Source: an uncultured Fibrobacterota bacterium (lineage in GTDB: Bacteria > Fibrobacterota > Chitinivibrionia > Chitinivibrionales > FEN-1185). Taken from it: a DNA stretch of 52,925 bases. The stretch spans positions 1-52,925 of the forward strand of contig CAVSQB010000029.1 in assembly GCA_963729895.1 (NCBI GenBank), read 5' to 3'. Numbering within the stretch: the first letter of the stretch is position 1; each line of letters starts with the position of its first letter. A program made the position numbers and the translations under genes. The notes beneath the pieces were generated by a model. It did no database searches. It was not told the DNA's origin and saw only the letters and a list, made by a program, of their open reading frames with translations. Below, one piece after another: positions 1 to 9,000 of the stretch.

Positions 1-2
1 AC

Positions 3-131
3 AACATATCATCAAAAGAATTGGAAGCGTTCAAGAAACTGACCAAAGACTACCTTGTTTTAAGTCCTACTCAGCTTGAGCGAGCTGAAACAATCGGAAT
101 ACTAATACCGCTGGAGGAATCTAATGCGTAG
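3..131 (+). CDS. 3' end of RelE/ParE-type toxin (DUF1044-like), truncated by the window edge
   Basis: Frame 3 reads NISSKELEAFKKLTKDYLVLSPTQLERAETIGILIPLEESNA*. This resembles the C-terminus of RelE-like toxins, and it overlaps the start of an HTH antitoxin. Confidence 0.6.
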   Translation, partial: NISSKELEAFKKLTKDYLVLSPTQLERAETIGILIPLEESNA

Positions 132-471
132 AACAATTAAAAATGCGATTTCCGAATCCGTGCAAGACCTCGTCAATGCAGGGTTCGGCACGTCATTTAC
201 AGAAAGGGACTTACGGGGCCTTGGTGTTAAATTCCCGGCCATCCATATCGACCCTGATAAAATCAGACACATACGGCGGAGGGCACATGTAAGCCAGAGT
301 GTGTTCGCCAAGCTCTTAAATGTGAGCCCGTCATCGATACGACAATGGGAACAGGGAAAACGGAAACCGACAGGTTCGACAAAAGTACTTCTTGAGGTTC
401 TTGAAAAAGAGCCGCATGTCCTCGACTATCGCATGGAATCGAACGGAACCAAAAAGGAAAAAGCGGCATAA
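124..471 (+). CDS. XRE/HTH antitoxin (HigA-like)
   Basis: IRHIRRRAHVSQSVFAKLLNVSPSSIRQWEQGKRKPTG is an HTH_3 signature. GGAGG RBS upstream. The stop codon lies inside attC R''. Confidence 0.85.
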   Translation: MRRTIKNAISESVQDLVNAGFGTSFTERDLRGLGVKFPAIHIDPDKIRHIRRRAHVSQSVFAKLLNVSPSSIRQWEQGKRKPTGSTKVLLEVLEKEPHVLDYRMESNGTKKEKAA

Positions 472-560
472 CAAGCGGTTCAACCCATGACCGATCGCGG
501 GTCCCAAACGCTCCCTTTGGTAGCGTTTCCCGCGTCGGCAAATTAACCGCACCATTATGC
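466..560 (+). mobile_element. Integron attC site 1 (R' mutated to ATTATGC)
   Basis: GCATAAC-5 bp-GTTCAACC...AATTAAC-6 bp-ATTATGC with an imperfect internal palindrome. Near-identical to 1247-1342. Confidence 0.8.
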
Positions 561-738
561 GTTAAATTTAAAGGCAATTAATTCGAAAAAGACAAGAACC
601 AAATTCTCGGGAAATTTACCGGCAAGGGTTTGGACATGGAGGAATCGGTTGGCACGAGACAGAAATTACTAAATCTGGCATCTGCAGGCTGCCAAAACGC
701 ATTTTTGAGATAGGCGGTTTCAATTCCAGGAGATAACA

Positions 739-996
739 ATGCCGGTAATAAGTCGATTTTTCGGGATTCTCATAGTCATTTATTGGCGCGACCATAGTCC
801 ACCACATTTTCACGCCAAGTACGGCAGCGAAGAGGTGGAAATTGAGGTTCGGAATGGCGCTGTTTTAGGAAAAATGAGCCCGCGAGCGCTTGGACTGGTA
901 CAAGAATGGCGTGAAAGGCATATTGCGGAATTGTTGGATGATTGGAATTTAGCATCTCAAAACAGACCGTTAGCCGATATACCTCCATTGGAGTAA
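739..996 (+). CDS. DUF4160-family protein (putative toxin of a DUF4160/DUF2442 TA pair)
   Basis: MPVISRFFGILIVIYWRDHSPPHFHAKYG...IPPLE is the typical family motif. AGGAG RBS. Confidence 0.85.
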   Translation: MPVISRFFGILIVIYWRDHSPPHFHAKYGSEEVEIEVRNGAVLGKMSPRALGLVQEWRERHIAELLDDWNLASQNRPLADIPPLE

Positions 997-1000
997 TTGT

Positions 1001-1252
1001 ATGTTCATTCATATCGCCGAAGCCAAGTACATCCGAGATTATGTTCTGTGGATTAAGTTTGACAATGGAATAGAAGGAGAGATTGATCTCTCAGCAGAGC
1101 TCTGGGGTGAAATGTTTGAACCGTTGCGCAATCTTGATTCTTTCCGTCGATTTCAGATTGATAATGAAATCAATACCATTGTTTGGGACAATGGTGCGGA
1201 CATGGCTCCCGACTTCCTCTACTCTCTCCTGCAAAAAAAGCAAGCCGCATAA
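1001..1252 (+). CDS. DUF2442-family protein (putative antitoxin)
   Basis: Motifs LWIKFDNG, FEPLRN and TIVWDNGADMAPDFLY. Directly follows DUF4160. Stop codon lies in attC R''. Confidence 0.85.
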   Translation: MFIHIAEAKYIRDYVLWIKFDNGIEGEIDLSAELWGEMFEPLRNLDSFRRFQIDNEINTIVWDNGADMAPDFLYSLLQKKQAA

Positions 1253-1342
1253 CAAGCGGTTCAACTCATGACCGATCGCGGGGCCCAAACGCCTCCCTTT
1301 GGTAGCGTTTCCCGCGTCGGCAAATTAACCGCACCGTTATGC
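1247..1342 (+). mobile_element. Integron attC site 2 (canonical)
   Basis: R'' GCATAAC, 5 bp spacer, L'' GTTCAACT with an extra unpaired C, central palindrome, L' AATTAAC, 6 bp spacer, R' GTTATGC complementary to R''. Confidence 0.88.
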
Positions 1343-1359
1343 GGAAAAGTAGAACAAAA

Positions 1360-1388
1360 TTGACTTATCAAACGTAATAAGTTATTAT
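1360..1388 (+). promoter_or_regulatory. Native sigma70-type promoter/operator of the HigBA cassette
   Basis: TTGACT-N17-TATTAT with an overlapping inverted repeat ACTTAT...ATAAGT. Confidence 0.55.
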
Positions 1389-1395
1389 AATTAAT

Positions 1396-2702
1396 CAGCC
1401 CTGTCCGGCTAAACCTCTTGACCAATGGCTAATAGAATGATAATTGCACTGGAGCGGAGCGCAAAGAACGTAACCGCTCGTAATTGACCCGTAGTAATTC
1501 AATCAAGCTTTCAAAACCAAGCAGCCTTTCTCGGATAACCCGCAGTAATTCCAGCATGGTGAAGGCATACCGTGCTTGGAATTTTATAAACGACAACAGG
1601 AGATACAAGATCATGGCTATCCACACCTGTGTCATTACCGCGTTTTCGCTGGTCCCGTAGAACGTCTTTATCTTCAAGTGCTGCTTGATCCACTTGAAAA
1701 ATGTTTCTATCTCCCATCTTCCCTTGTACAGTGCAGCAATTGTCGTTGCCGACAACGTGAAATTGTTCGTCAGAAAGACCAGGTTCTTGTTTAACTCCTT
1801 GTTGTAATACTGTATCAGTCGCAGCTTCTCCGGATATGCCTTGCTTTCGTAAAAATTCGACATTTCGACTTCCTGATCACGGATAATTCCGCGTCTTACG
1901 TTCGGTTCTTTGTGCTGTCCGACAAGATGATATGCCATGTTGGATTTTGCCAGGATCACGAATGTAACACCAGTCGTATGCAGTGAATGAAGCCAGCCAA
2001 AATCTGTGTAGCCTCGATCAATGGTGAGGATGCTGTCCGGCGGAAGCGCAGGAAAATCATATTCGGCATCTTTCACCACCCGAATGTCATGGACTTTCCC
2101 GTCCGTCATCCGGATAAACGACGGTAGGTAACCGTCATGGTCCAGAAGCATATGAAGTTTCAATCCACCTTTGCGCCTGCGATACCGTGCCCATGGAAAC
2201 GATGACAGACATACGCTGATCAAGGTTGAATCATGCGTAAATACCGGAACCTTTACCCGAAAGTCATGACGAGGTGCCAATCGCTGGCATTTATCCAGAA
2301 ACTGATAGAAAAGATCTTCAAACATCTTGTATGGCCGGAGAGCGAGTGCATCTGCCAGTGTACTGCGGGCTACACTCGCAAGACCAATATGTTCCCACTT
2401 ATCCGCATTGCTCTTCAGACACGCTTCTACATCCCGAAAGCTGACCAAATCCTTTACCAGCGAAAAGAGCAAAATCTGCATCTCCTGCCAGCAGGTCATG
2501 CTCTTTACGTACCTGTCTCCTTCGTACCGATTAACAATGCGCCAGAATCCCTTCCGATTCAACAGTTGCGTTATCTGATTGAATATTGTATTTCTTCTGT
2601 TCAAGGGCTGCCTCCTCTTTTTAATCGTCAAAAACTAAACCTTCAACGATAAAAATAGGTTGGTAGCCCTTCTCTTGTTGTCAATTTAACCGGACACTAC
2701 TG
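1396..2702 (-). mobile_element. IS4-family insertion sequence
   Basis: Terminal IRs CAGCCCTGTCCGGCTAAA and (reverse complement) CAGTAGTGTCCGGTTAAA. 9-bp target duplication ATAATTAAT at 1387-1395 and 2703-2711. Confidence 0.92.
1429..2631 (-). CDS. IS4-family DDE transposase (DUF4372 N-terminus)
   Basis: Motifs DSTLI, GLKLH, DRGY and YKGRWEIETFFKWIKQHL (YREK). Confidence 0.95.
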   Translation of the reverse strand: MTIKKRRQPLNRRNTIFNQITQLLNRKGFWRIVNRYEGDRYVKSMTCWQEMQILLFSLVKDLVSFRDVEACLKSNADKWEHIGLASVARSTLADALALRPYKMFEDLFYQFLDKCQRLAPRHDFRVKVPVFTHDSTLISVCLSSFPWARYRRRKGGLKLHMLLDHDGYLPSFIRMTDGKVHDIRVVKDAEYDFPALPPDSILTIDRGYTDFGWLHSLHTTGVTFVILAKSNMAYHLVGQHKEPNVRRGIIRDQEVEMSNFYESKAYPEKLRLIQYYNKELNKNLVFLTNNFTLSATTIAALYKGRWEIETFFKWIKQHLKIKTFYGTSENAVMTQVWIAMILYLLLSFIKFQARYAFTMLELLRVIRERLLGFESLIELLRVNYERLRSLRSAPVQLSFY

Positions 2703-2712
2703 ATAATTAATA

Positions 2713-2985
2713 ATGTGGCATATTAAAGAGCATCGTTCAATTGAAAAGGCAATTGCCAAATTGCCGCTGCAAGTTATTAAGAAATATGAACTTTGGAAGG
2801 ATATCGTTTTCAGGCATGGACCGGACAAATTGCGGGAATTCCGGGGATTCCATGATGAAAAATTGAAGGGAGACCGACTTGGGCAGCGTTCATCCGGGCT
2901 CAATCTGCAATACCGGGTTATTTATTTGGTTGAGGAAGACACTGTAACGGTTTACATGCTTGAGATTAATCCACATGAATATTAA
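2713..2985 (+). CDS. HigB/RelE-family mRNA interferase toxin
   Basis: FHDEKLKGDRLGQRSSGLNLQYRVIY...NPHEY. Lies upstream of an HTH antitoxin. Confidence 0.8.
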   Translation: MWHIKEHRSIEKAIAKLPLQVIKKYELWKDIVFRHGPDKLREFRGFHDEKLKGDRLGQRSSGLNLQYRVIYLVEEDTVTVYMLEINPHEY

Positions 2986-2996
2986 AGGAAAATTCA

Positions 2997-3275
2997 ATGA
3001 ATAAAATTAACAAGAACGATTTCGGGCCTGCCAAACAGCATGCTGTTTTGACTACCGGCGAAGTGATCAAGATGCTTCGTGAATTAAAGGAATGGACTCA
3101 GGAGGAACTTGCTGTTCGCTGCAAAATAAATGCAACGAACATCAGTCTTCTTGAGAACAATAAAGTTGAAATAGGAAAAAGACGGGCTGAGCAGCTTGCA
3201 CGCGCTTTCAACGTACATCCAGCAATGATTATGTTTCCAGAATACGAAGCAGAAGAAATCAAAAAGGCCGCATAA
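2997..3275 (+). CDS. XRE/HTH antitoxin (HigA-like)
   Basis: GEVIKMLRELKEWTQEELAVRCKINATNISLLENNK HTH. Stop codon lies in GCATAAC. Confidence 0.85.
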   Translation: MNKINKNDFGPAKQHAVLTTGEVIKMLRELKEWTQEELAVRCKINATNISLLENNKVEIGKRRAEQLARAFNVHPAMIMFPEYEAEEIKKAA

Positions 3276-3372
3276 CCATGCGCTCAATCATGACCTTCCG
3301 CATTTGCAAACAGCTTTGGTTTGCGGAGTGAAAAAGCGGTCGTAGTCCGGCACAAAAGCGCGGCGGTAAGCC
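3270..3372 (+). mobile_element. Degenerate attC site 3
   Basis: GCATAAC at the gene end followed by CATGCGCTCAATCATGACC. A partly complementary AGCGCGGCGGTAAGC lies about 95 bp on, but there is no intact GTT core. Confidence 0.5.
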
Positions 3373-3543
3373 TGCAGAAAAAGTCACTTTCCCGCCACTT
3401 TTTCCTGAGATTCCGGTCTTTTGCCGTTATATTATTTGTAAACCAACCGGGAAGGAAGGACGAGGTTCTTCGATTCGAAGTTATTTTAGAGAGGCCACAG
3501 CGAGCGTCGGAAAAAGCGCTCGCTGTGGCCGTAACTTCTCTAA

Positions 3544-4962
3544 TTAATGGCTCACTAAAATGCGCTGGCAGCGTCCGTCCGGGGTAACGGAAAAATAGAC
3601 ACCCGGCATGAGTTTCGACGTTGATCGGGCGTTCGTCACGAAGCGGCCTCTGATATCAATCATGTATTTGTCGCCTTGCAGCGGAACGCCGCGATACTCC
3701 AGGCGATTGCCGGGCAAGGGTGCAGTGGCGCCTGTTTGGCACGACGCATCTTGACATATCCAAACAGCCGGGTGGTTCAGTCTTACGCCCCCGGGCAAGC
3801 GGAGAATCATTGTCCAGGTGTTGGTGGGGTAATGGGCAAGCCATATGGTGCCCGAGTCCGGCATGCGACTGCCGGCGCAAGAATCCGGGTTAACGGCGCA
3901 ATTGCCATAGGCAAGGCAATCCAAATCCCCTGCAATATAGCTGGTGTCGTTCGTGTACCTCCAATCCTTGAAATCAGACCAGAAATTGCTGGAAAGATCA
4001 GTTTGACCTTGAGTAGAGTCTGTAGGACTAAGGAATAAATACTTTTTGGGCGCCCAGTTAATGCTGACAGCCATGGTCATTTCAAGAACGGTTGGCCAGG
4101 CCACCGCCGGCGCGTTCACCTCCTGAAAGGGGAGCAGGACAAAGGATTTGTGCCTGAGCAGGCAAGCTTCGTCAGCCAGGCAGCCGCACCATTGGTCGTA
4201 CCCGGCATTGAAGCAACTGATTGCCCCGTTATGTGATAGTGTGCACATGCATCCCATTTGAGGAACCGGTGCGCTCGTGGCCGGGTGCCATTCGTTGGCT
4301 TCGGTGGCAGCGGCGCCGCTACTGGGAAGGGTAACCATAACCGGCCCAAAATTACACACTCCCGAAGTAGGACTATAGTCTATTCTCGAAAAGAAATGAT
4401 TGCCGGCGCAGCCCATTGAAAACTCCACCTCTGAGGTGAATTGGCAGATTATGTGGTCTGTGCCGAAGGTCGGAGCGGCATTTGCCGAAAAGGTGACGGG
4501 AACCGAGTGGACTACTTTGTCGCCGCTTTCTCTATAGACGACTTCCAGTTTCCCGCTGGGAGCGTTCCACCAGAAAGTACAGCTGCCGTCGCTGGTGGAG
4601 GGGTTGGTGGCAGGTACCGTGGTCTTGAACTGGCCATCAATGCGGATGAGTTTGACTCCGCCCGAGTTGTACAGCACCCACTGGCCGTCTTCGGTTATGT
4701 CGGTACTGCTGGTGTGATCGCCCGAGGTGTTTGTAATCAATGCAGGAGCGTTGGTGCCCAAAGCTGATTTGTAAATCCCGCCGTTGTTTGAACCGGCGAC
4801 AACAGTTCCCGCAACAGGAAGAGCGGCCCCGGAATCCACATACTGCGTAATATTGAGTTTGCGGACAAACGATGGACACGTACTTGGAGCCGTGGCCGCC
4901 AAAACCGCGCCTGCACACGCTAGAAATGCCGCCGAAAATTTAATGAGATCGATCCGTTTCAT
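3544..4962 (-). CDS. Secreted Cys-rich protein of unknown function with T9SS-like C-terminal domain
   Basis: Signal peptide, a TolB-like DITEDGQWVLY segment, C-terminal IDIRGR...LMPGVYF, and a GGAGG RBS. Confidence 0.7.
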   Translation of the reverse strand: MKRIDLIKFSAAFLACAGAVLAATAPSTCPSFVRKLNITQYVDSGAALPVAGTVVAGSNNGGIYKSALGTNAPALITNTSGDHTSSTDITEDGQWVLYNSGGVKLIRIDGQFKTTVPATNPSTSDGSCTFWWNAPSGKLEVVYRESGDKVVHSVPVTFSANAAPTFGTDHIICQFTSEVEFSMGCAGNHFFSRIDYSPTSGVCNFGPVMVTLPSSGAAATEANEWHPATSAPVPQMGCMCTLSHNGAISCFNAGYDQWCGCLADEACLLRHKSFVLLPFQEVNAPAVAWPTVLEMTMAVSINWAPKKYLFLSPTDSTQGQTDLSSNFWSDFKDWRYTNDTSYIAGDLDCLAYGNCAVNPDSCAGSRMPDSGTIWLAHYPTNTWTMILRLPGGVRLNHPAVWICQDASCQTGATAPLPGNRLEYRGVPLQGDKYMIDIRGRFVTNARSTSKLMPGVYFSVTPDGRCQRILVSH

Positions 4963-5221
4963 ACCATCCTCCTCTGTTCTCCATTGCTATTGATTCCGCG
5001 CACCTTTTCGTTGGATCTGGTCGTTTCCAGTTCGTTCCAAGGCCCTTTAATCGCTATCTTTACATGAGCGTTTCTTGGGCTATGGAATAATATACGGGTC
5101 CTGGAAGTTTTTCGGGGGAACTATGTGGCGAAAGGATGTTTTTCCGTTATATGTTCGTGTAACGGGTACTGTGGGAGTTCCTGCGGTGTGCGCCGGTGCG
5201 GCAATCAAAAGTTAATGCGAT

Positions 5222-5810
5222 TTTGGTTTGCTGAGCCGGTGCAGCGTGGGTGTACCCTTGGCAAGCCCGTACCTTCAGTTGCACGCACCGTAACGACACC
5301 CGGTTACAAAAATTCTCAACCGAACTAACTCATCAACTTTTCAACCATTAGTAACTCGATCTATCTTGACAATTGTGGACATTGCCTTCTGCCAAGCGCC
5401 AGGCCGGACTGGAAGGTGCGCCGAAGCGCGGTACTGCCTGATCCCTCGCCGAAGGCGGTAGGGACAGGCAGCACCGAGGCCAACCGGCCGAGCCTGAAAG
5501 GAGGGCCGCCGCCCCGGTGGGGACGGGGCGCCCAGAATTGCTGTTGATCGGGGAACGCCCACTTCTTACTCTTGATTTTTGGGTGCCCCCCAACCGAAGA
5601 TTGGATTCTCGCAAATAAATTCACGTGGGGGTCACCCGGCTCAGCCAACCAGATGAATTCAATTCGCATTTAGATATTGTTGCGCGCACACCAGGGTCAC
5701 CCGGCTCAGCCAACCAAAAGCATTCTGTAATTCATATTTCCGGCACAGCCAACCAGATACATTTGACTTGTATCTGGAAATTCGATTCTCGCAAATAAAT
5801 TCACCGGCAC
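5222..5810. repeat. Intergenic mosaic repeat R1
   Basis: TGGTTTGCTGAGCCGGTG...CACCCGGCTCAGCCAACCA inverted ends. Internal modules shared with loci at 7.4, 16.7, 37.6 and 40.0 kb. Confidence 0.85.
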
Positions 5811-5825
5811 GTATCGCAGGATTGC

Positions 5826-7235
5826 TTACTCTTTGAAAATTTTTTGCGTTGTCGTGAGACCCCGCCTGTCCGTTATCCGTACATAATAGGTGCCGGCCGA
5901 AAGTCCCGCCATGCTGAACGCATTATTTTCCACCTGCAAGCTCTTGAGCATGGATTTTCCGTTGAGGGAAACCAGCGTGACCTTTTCAACCGGGCTGGCG
6001 CTTTGAACGACAACGATATCATGCGTCCCCATCCGGATCGCGTGCAAGCTCGCGTGCGATTTCTGCTCCGGAACAACCGTGCCGGTGCTGAGCGGCTCGA
6101 ACGATCCGAAAGTAATGACGAGGGAGTCGAGCGGTTGCGAGTTGCCCAGGATCAGAACCGAACTCTGGTTGTTGTTGTCGTCATAGCCGAATCCGTAGGC
6201 CTTGTTATGAATGCTTATCTTATGCAGGAGCTCGGCAAATTCACTCTTGTAATTGCTTTTTTTGTAATACGTGGAAGGATTATTAAACCAACTGGTGTCT
6301 CGCGCCACGCCGCGACACATTGCCGAGGAAAGCGGCGCCACCATGTTTATCAGGGTTATAGAGCCAAAGCCGTTGCCCCAAATCTGCTGCGCGGTAGGTT
6401 TTCCCAGTTTTCCCGAATTTGTACCGGTGACGGTCAGCGTGTCGCTGCCATTCCCGGTCAAAGTCCAGTGACCACCCCCGTAGGTGATGGTGGCCGGCGA
6501 GGTTGTCCAGAGCGCCCAGAGAGAATCGATATAGGGTTGGTAATAATTGGCATATGCTCCTCCGGCGGCGAACTGGCTCGACATACTCGGCGCCAAAATG
6601 CGGGTAGGCTGTATGGAAGCCTGGAAAGGCGCCGACATACTGTCCTGAAAGAGTTTCAGAATCTGGGGCATGGACAGGCCGTTGATGCCGCAACTGTCCA
6701 GGAAATGCGATGACGACTGATAGACTGTTGCGACATAGGGGAAGCCGAAAAGGTCGACCTGGGTCGTATTTCCTCCGAAAGGCGTACCGTTATAGCCATA
6801 GGTTAATTCGAACCAATCGTAGTAGATGCCGACGTTGGGGTCATTGGGATTAAGGGGATCGGGGAGCGCGCACCCGTTGTTTGTAACATTCAGACACAGG
6901 GGTGCGCCGACCGACATATATATACGCCCGCCACCGGTCGTCGTCGGGCACCTGAAATTTACCATATCGGAAAGACGCACGGCGTAGGGGGCGTAATTTA
7001 TGCCATTCCTGGTATAATGCCCGGGCCCAGTAACGTCCGCCGTATTATAGGGCTGCACAACGCCGTTTTTATCAACATGACCGTTAGCCGGAGCGTTTAC
7101 CATGAACCAGACGTATATCTCACTGTCGGCATAAATCTTGGTACCATTATGGAATTTGATGGGCCATGTTCCGGTCTGGCCGAACAATGTGGCACTGAAT
7201 AAAGCAATAAGCGAAAGAGTGAGGCACTTTTTCAT
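5826..7235 (-). CDS. GH64-like beta-1,3-glucanase with T9SS-like C-terminal domain
   Basis: Motifs YDWFELTY, GNTTQVDLFGFP and KAYGFGYDD. Signal peptide. C-terminal SLNGK...LSAGTYYVRI. Confidence 0.85.
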   Translation of the reverse strand: MKKCLTLSLIALFSATLFGQTGTWPIKFHNGTKIYADSEIYVWFMVNAPANGHVDKNGVVQPYNTADVTGPGHYTRNGINYAPYAVRLSDMVNFRCPTTTGGGRIYMSVGAPLCLNVTNNGCALPDPLNPNDPNVGIYYDWFELTYGYNGTPFGGNTTQVDLFGFPYVATVYQSSSHFLDSCGINGLSMPQILKLFQDSMSAPFQASIQPTRILAPSMSSQFAAGGAYANYYQPYIDSLWALWTTSPATITYGGGHWTLTGNGSDTLTVTGTNSGKLGKPTAQQIWGNGFGSITLINMVAPLSSAMCRGVARDTSWFNNPSTYYKKSNYKSEFAELLHKISIHNKAYGFGYDDNNNQSSVLILGNSQPLDSLVITFGSFEPLSTGTVVPEQKSHASLHAIRMGTHDIVVVQSASPVEKVTLVSLNGKSMLKSLQVENNAFSMAGLSAGTYYVRITDRRGLTTTQKIFKE

Positions 7236-7433
7236 ACGCTCTCCTGTCTATTAAATGGGATTTGCTTCACGGAAGATGGGGCTAAAATGGAAACCCCCCT
7301 CCCGGTGCACGAAGGTCTTTTCTGCTTATAAATATAAGAAACCGTGGCTATTTCTGAGGATAAAATCCGTATAAGGTATTTATCTGTTATATTAATTTGT
7401 AACGGGGAACAGCGGCACTGATAGATAATTCAG

Positions 7434-7779
7434 TTTTGGTTTGCTGAGCCGGTGCGGCATTAACAAGATCAAGATAATATTTTTGTGTGCTGAGCCGGTG
7501 CGGCGCGGGTATACCTGCTGCAAGCCCCTACCTTCAGCTGCGCGCACCGTAGCGGCACCCGGTTAACAAATGCTCAATTGCACACAGCTACAGCCATCGA
7601 TTCAACTTTTCAACTCGTCAACTTAGAGTTGCTTTATTGGCCTTCACAACTGCACCTTGTGGGTGCCCCACAACAATCGTTTGGATTCTCGCCATAGCTC
7701 CCACTATGGGGTCACCCGGCTCAGCCAACCAAAAGCATTCTGTAATTCATATTTCCGGCTCAGCCAACCAGATGCATTG
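7434..7779. repeat. Intergenic mosaic repeat R2
   Basis: Same end motifs and module A as R1. GGGTGCCCCACAACAATCGTTTGGATT block matches 40040-40092 in reverse. Confidence 0.85.
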
Positions 7780-7857
7780 CGTTTGCAAATGGTGGTGCTA
7801 ACGCGCTCAATCATGACCGTCCGCATTTGCAAACGCCCTTTCCCGAAAGGTAACGCA

Positions 7858-8802
7858 ATGAAGACAATTTTGCCGACGGTTTTATGCCTTGCGATGTTCA
7901 CAATGTCCTTTGCAGGAAAAGAGCGTCGTACCGTATACGTGTTTGCGCCCACCCTCGATGAGGCATCGATCGGTTTCGCGCTCTCCGCCGACGAGCGCTC
8001 GCGATGCGAAAAGAAAATAGCGGGAAGCGCTGCTTTGTGCACCCGGGCAAAGCCTGTTATTGCGGCATGTGACGCTGCTTCGATCGAGTCCGCCGAATCG
8101 TCTCATTCATTGATATGCGTATTTCTTATCAGACATTTTTTCCTTGTGTACCTAAAGAGCGGCCAGCGAGGAAGCACCGTCGATGCCGAGGTTGCGGTTT
8201 ACGATTCGTCACACGGATACGCGCGACCGTGCTTCACGATTTCCGCCACCAGCGATTGGCCGACGGTTTGGTGGGGAAATTTCAAGCCCTTTCTAGGGGT
8301 TCTTGAATACGCATTGCACGACGTCCGAGCTGCTTGGAACGATGCAAAAGACTCCGGAAAATCTTTAGTATCCGCCGGAGTTGAAGACCTTGTCTTCAGG
8401 CCCGCCACTGCCGATTGCGAAAACTCGCTTTTCCTCAAAAAACCCCAATTTACCCAAGCAACTGTCGGAAACGAGCCCACCGAAGAAGAAATTCACGACT
8501 TTACAGACGAAATTGCTCACAACCTGGAAAAGATGTCTGCAAAGCGCGTTGTTGTGCTCCGAGCCCAAAGCGACAGCGTAACGTTAGCCTGCAAATCTCA
8601 GGTGGCCGATTTTTCTTTTTCCAAGGATAGCGGCACGTTCACCTTGTCGATCGGTTCCGCGAACCGTGGGGATTCGTTGTCGTTCCGCGCGAGCGTTGTT
8701 GAATCGCCTGGGACGGATTGGACCGACAGCGTTCTTTTCTTCACATTGATAGAATCCGCGTTCAAAGATCTTGGCAAGGCGTATCGGGGCGCGCGGCACT
8801 AG
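7858..8802 (+). CDS. Hypothetical exported protein
   Basis: Long ORF. MKTILPTVLCLAMFTMSFA signal peptide follows a GAAAGG RBS. Confidence 0.65.
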   Translation: MKTILPTVLCLAMFTMSFAGKERRTVYVFAPTLDEASIGFALSADERSRCEKKIAGSAALCTRAKPVIAACDAASIESAESSHSLICVFLIRHFFLVYLKSGQRGSTVDAEVAVYDSSHGYARPCFTISATSDWPTVWWGNFKPFLGVLEYALHDVRAAWNDAKDSGKSLVSAGVEDLVFRPATADCENSLFLKKPQFTQATVGNEPTEEEIHDFTDEIAHNLEKMSAKRVVVLRAQSDSVTLACKSQVADFSFSKDSGTFTLSIGSANRGDSLSFRASVVESPGTDWTDSVLFFTLIESAFKDLGKAYRGARH

Positions 8803-9000
8803 ATCCGTTGCTGCGGTATGCACGATAGGGAAGAGGCCGTACGGCCGTGTCATGCGGTCGTGCCGGCGGCATTAGCTTTGACCCGCGACCCTTGGGAGTA
8901 CCCATAGGCAAGACCGCTATCACCAGATTTGACAACGGCGCCCGGAAATGCCTATTTTTCCTTTTTCGAATAAGCAATTACCTGTCAGGATGGTGCACCT

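Noticed and set aside
5366..5395. TTGACA at the start of module B as a promoter
   Set aside because: No -10 hexamer at 16-18 bp in any of the four copies.
5222..5810. Mosaic repeats as a CRISPR array
   Set aside because: There are no identical 23-47 bp repeats at regular spacing and no cas genes in the window.
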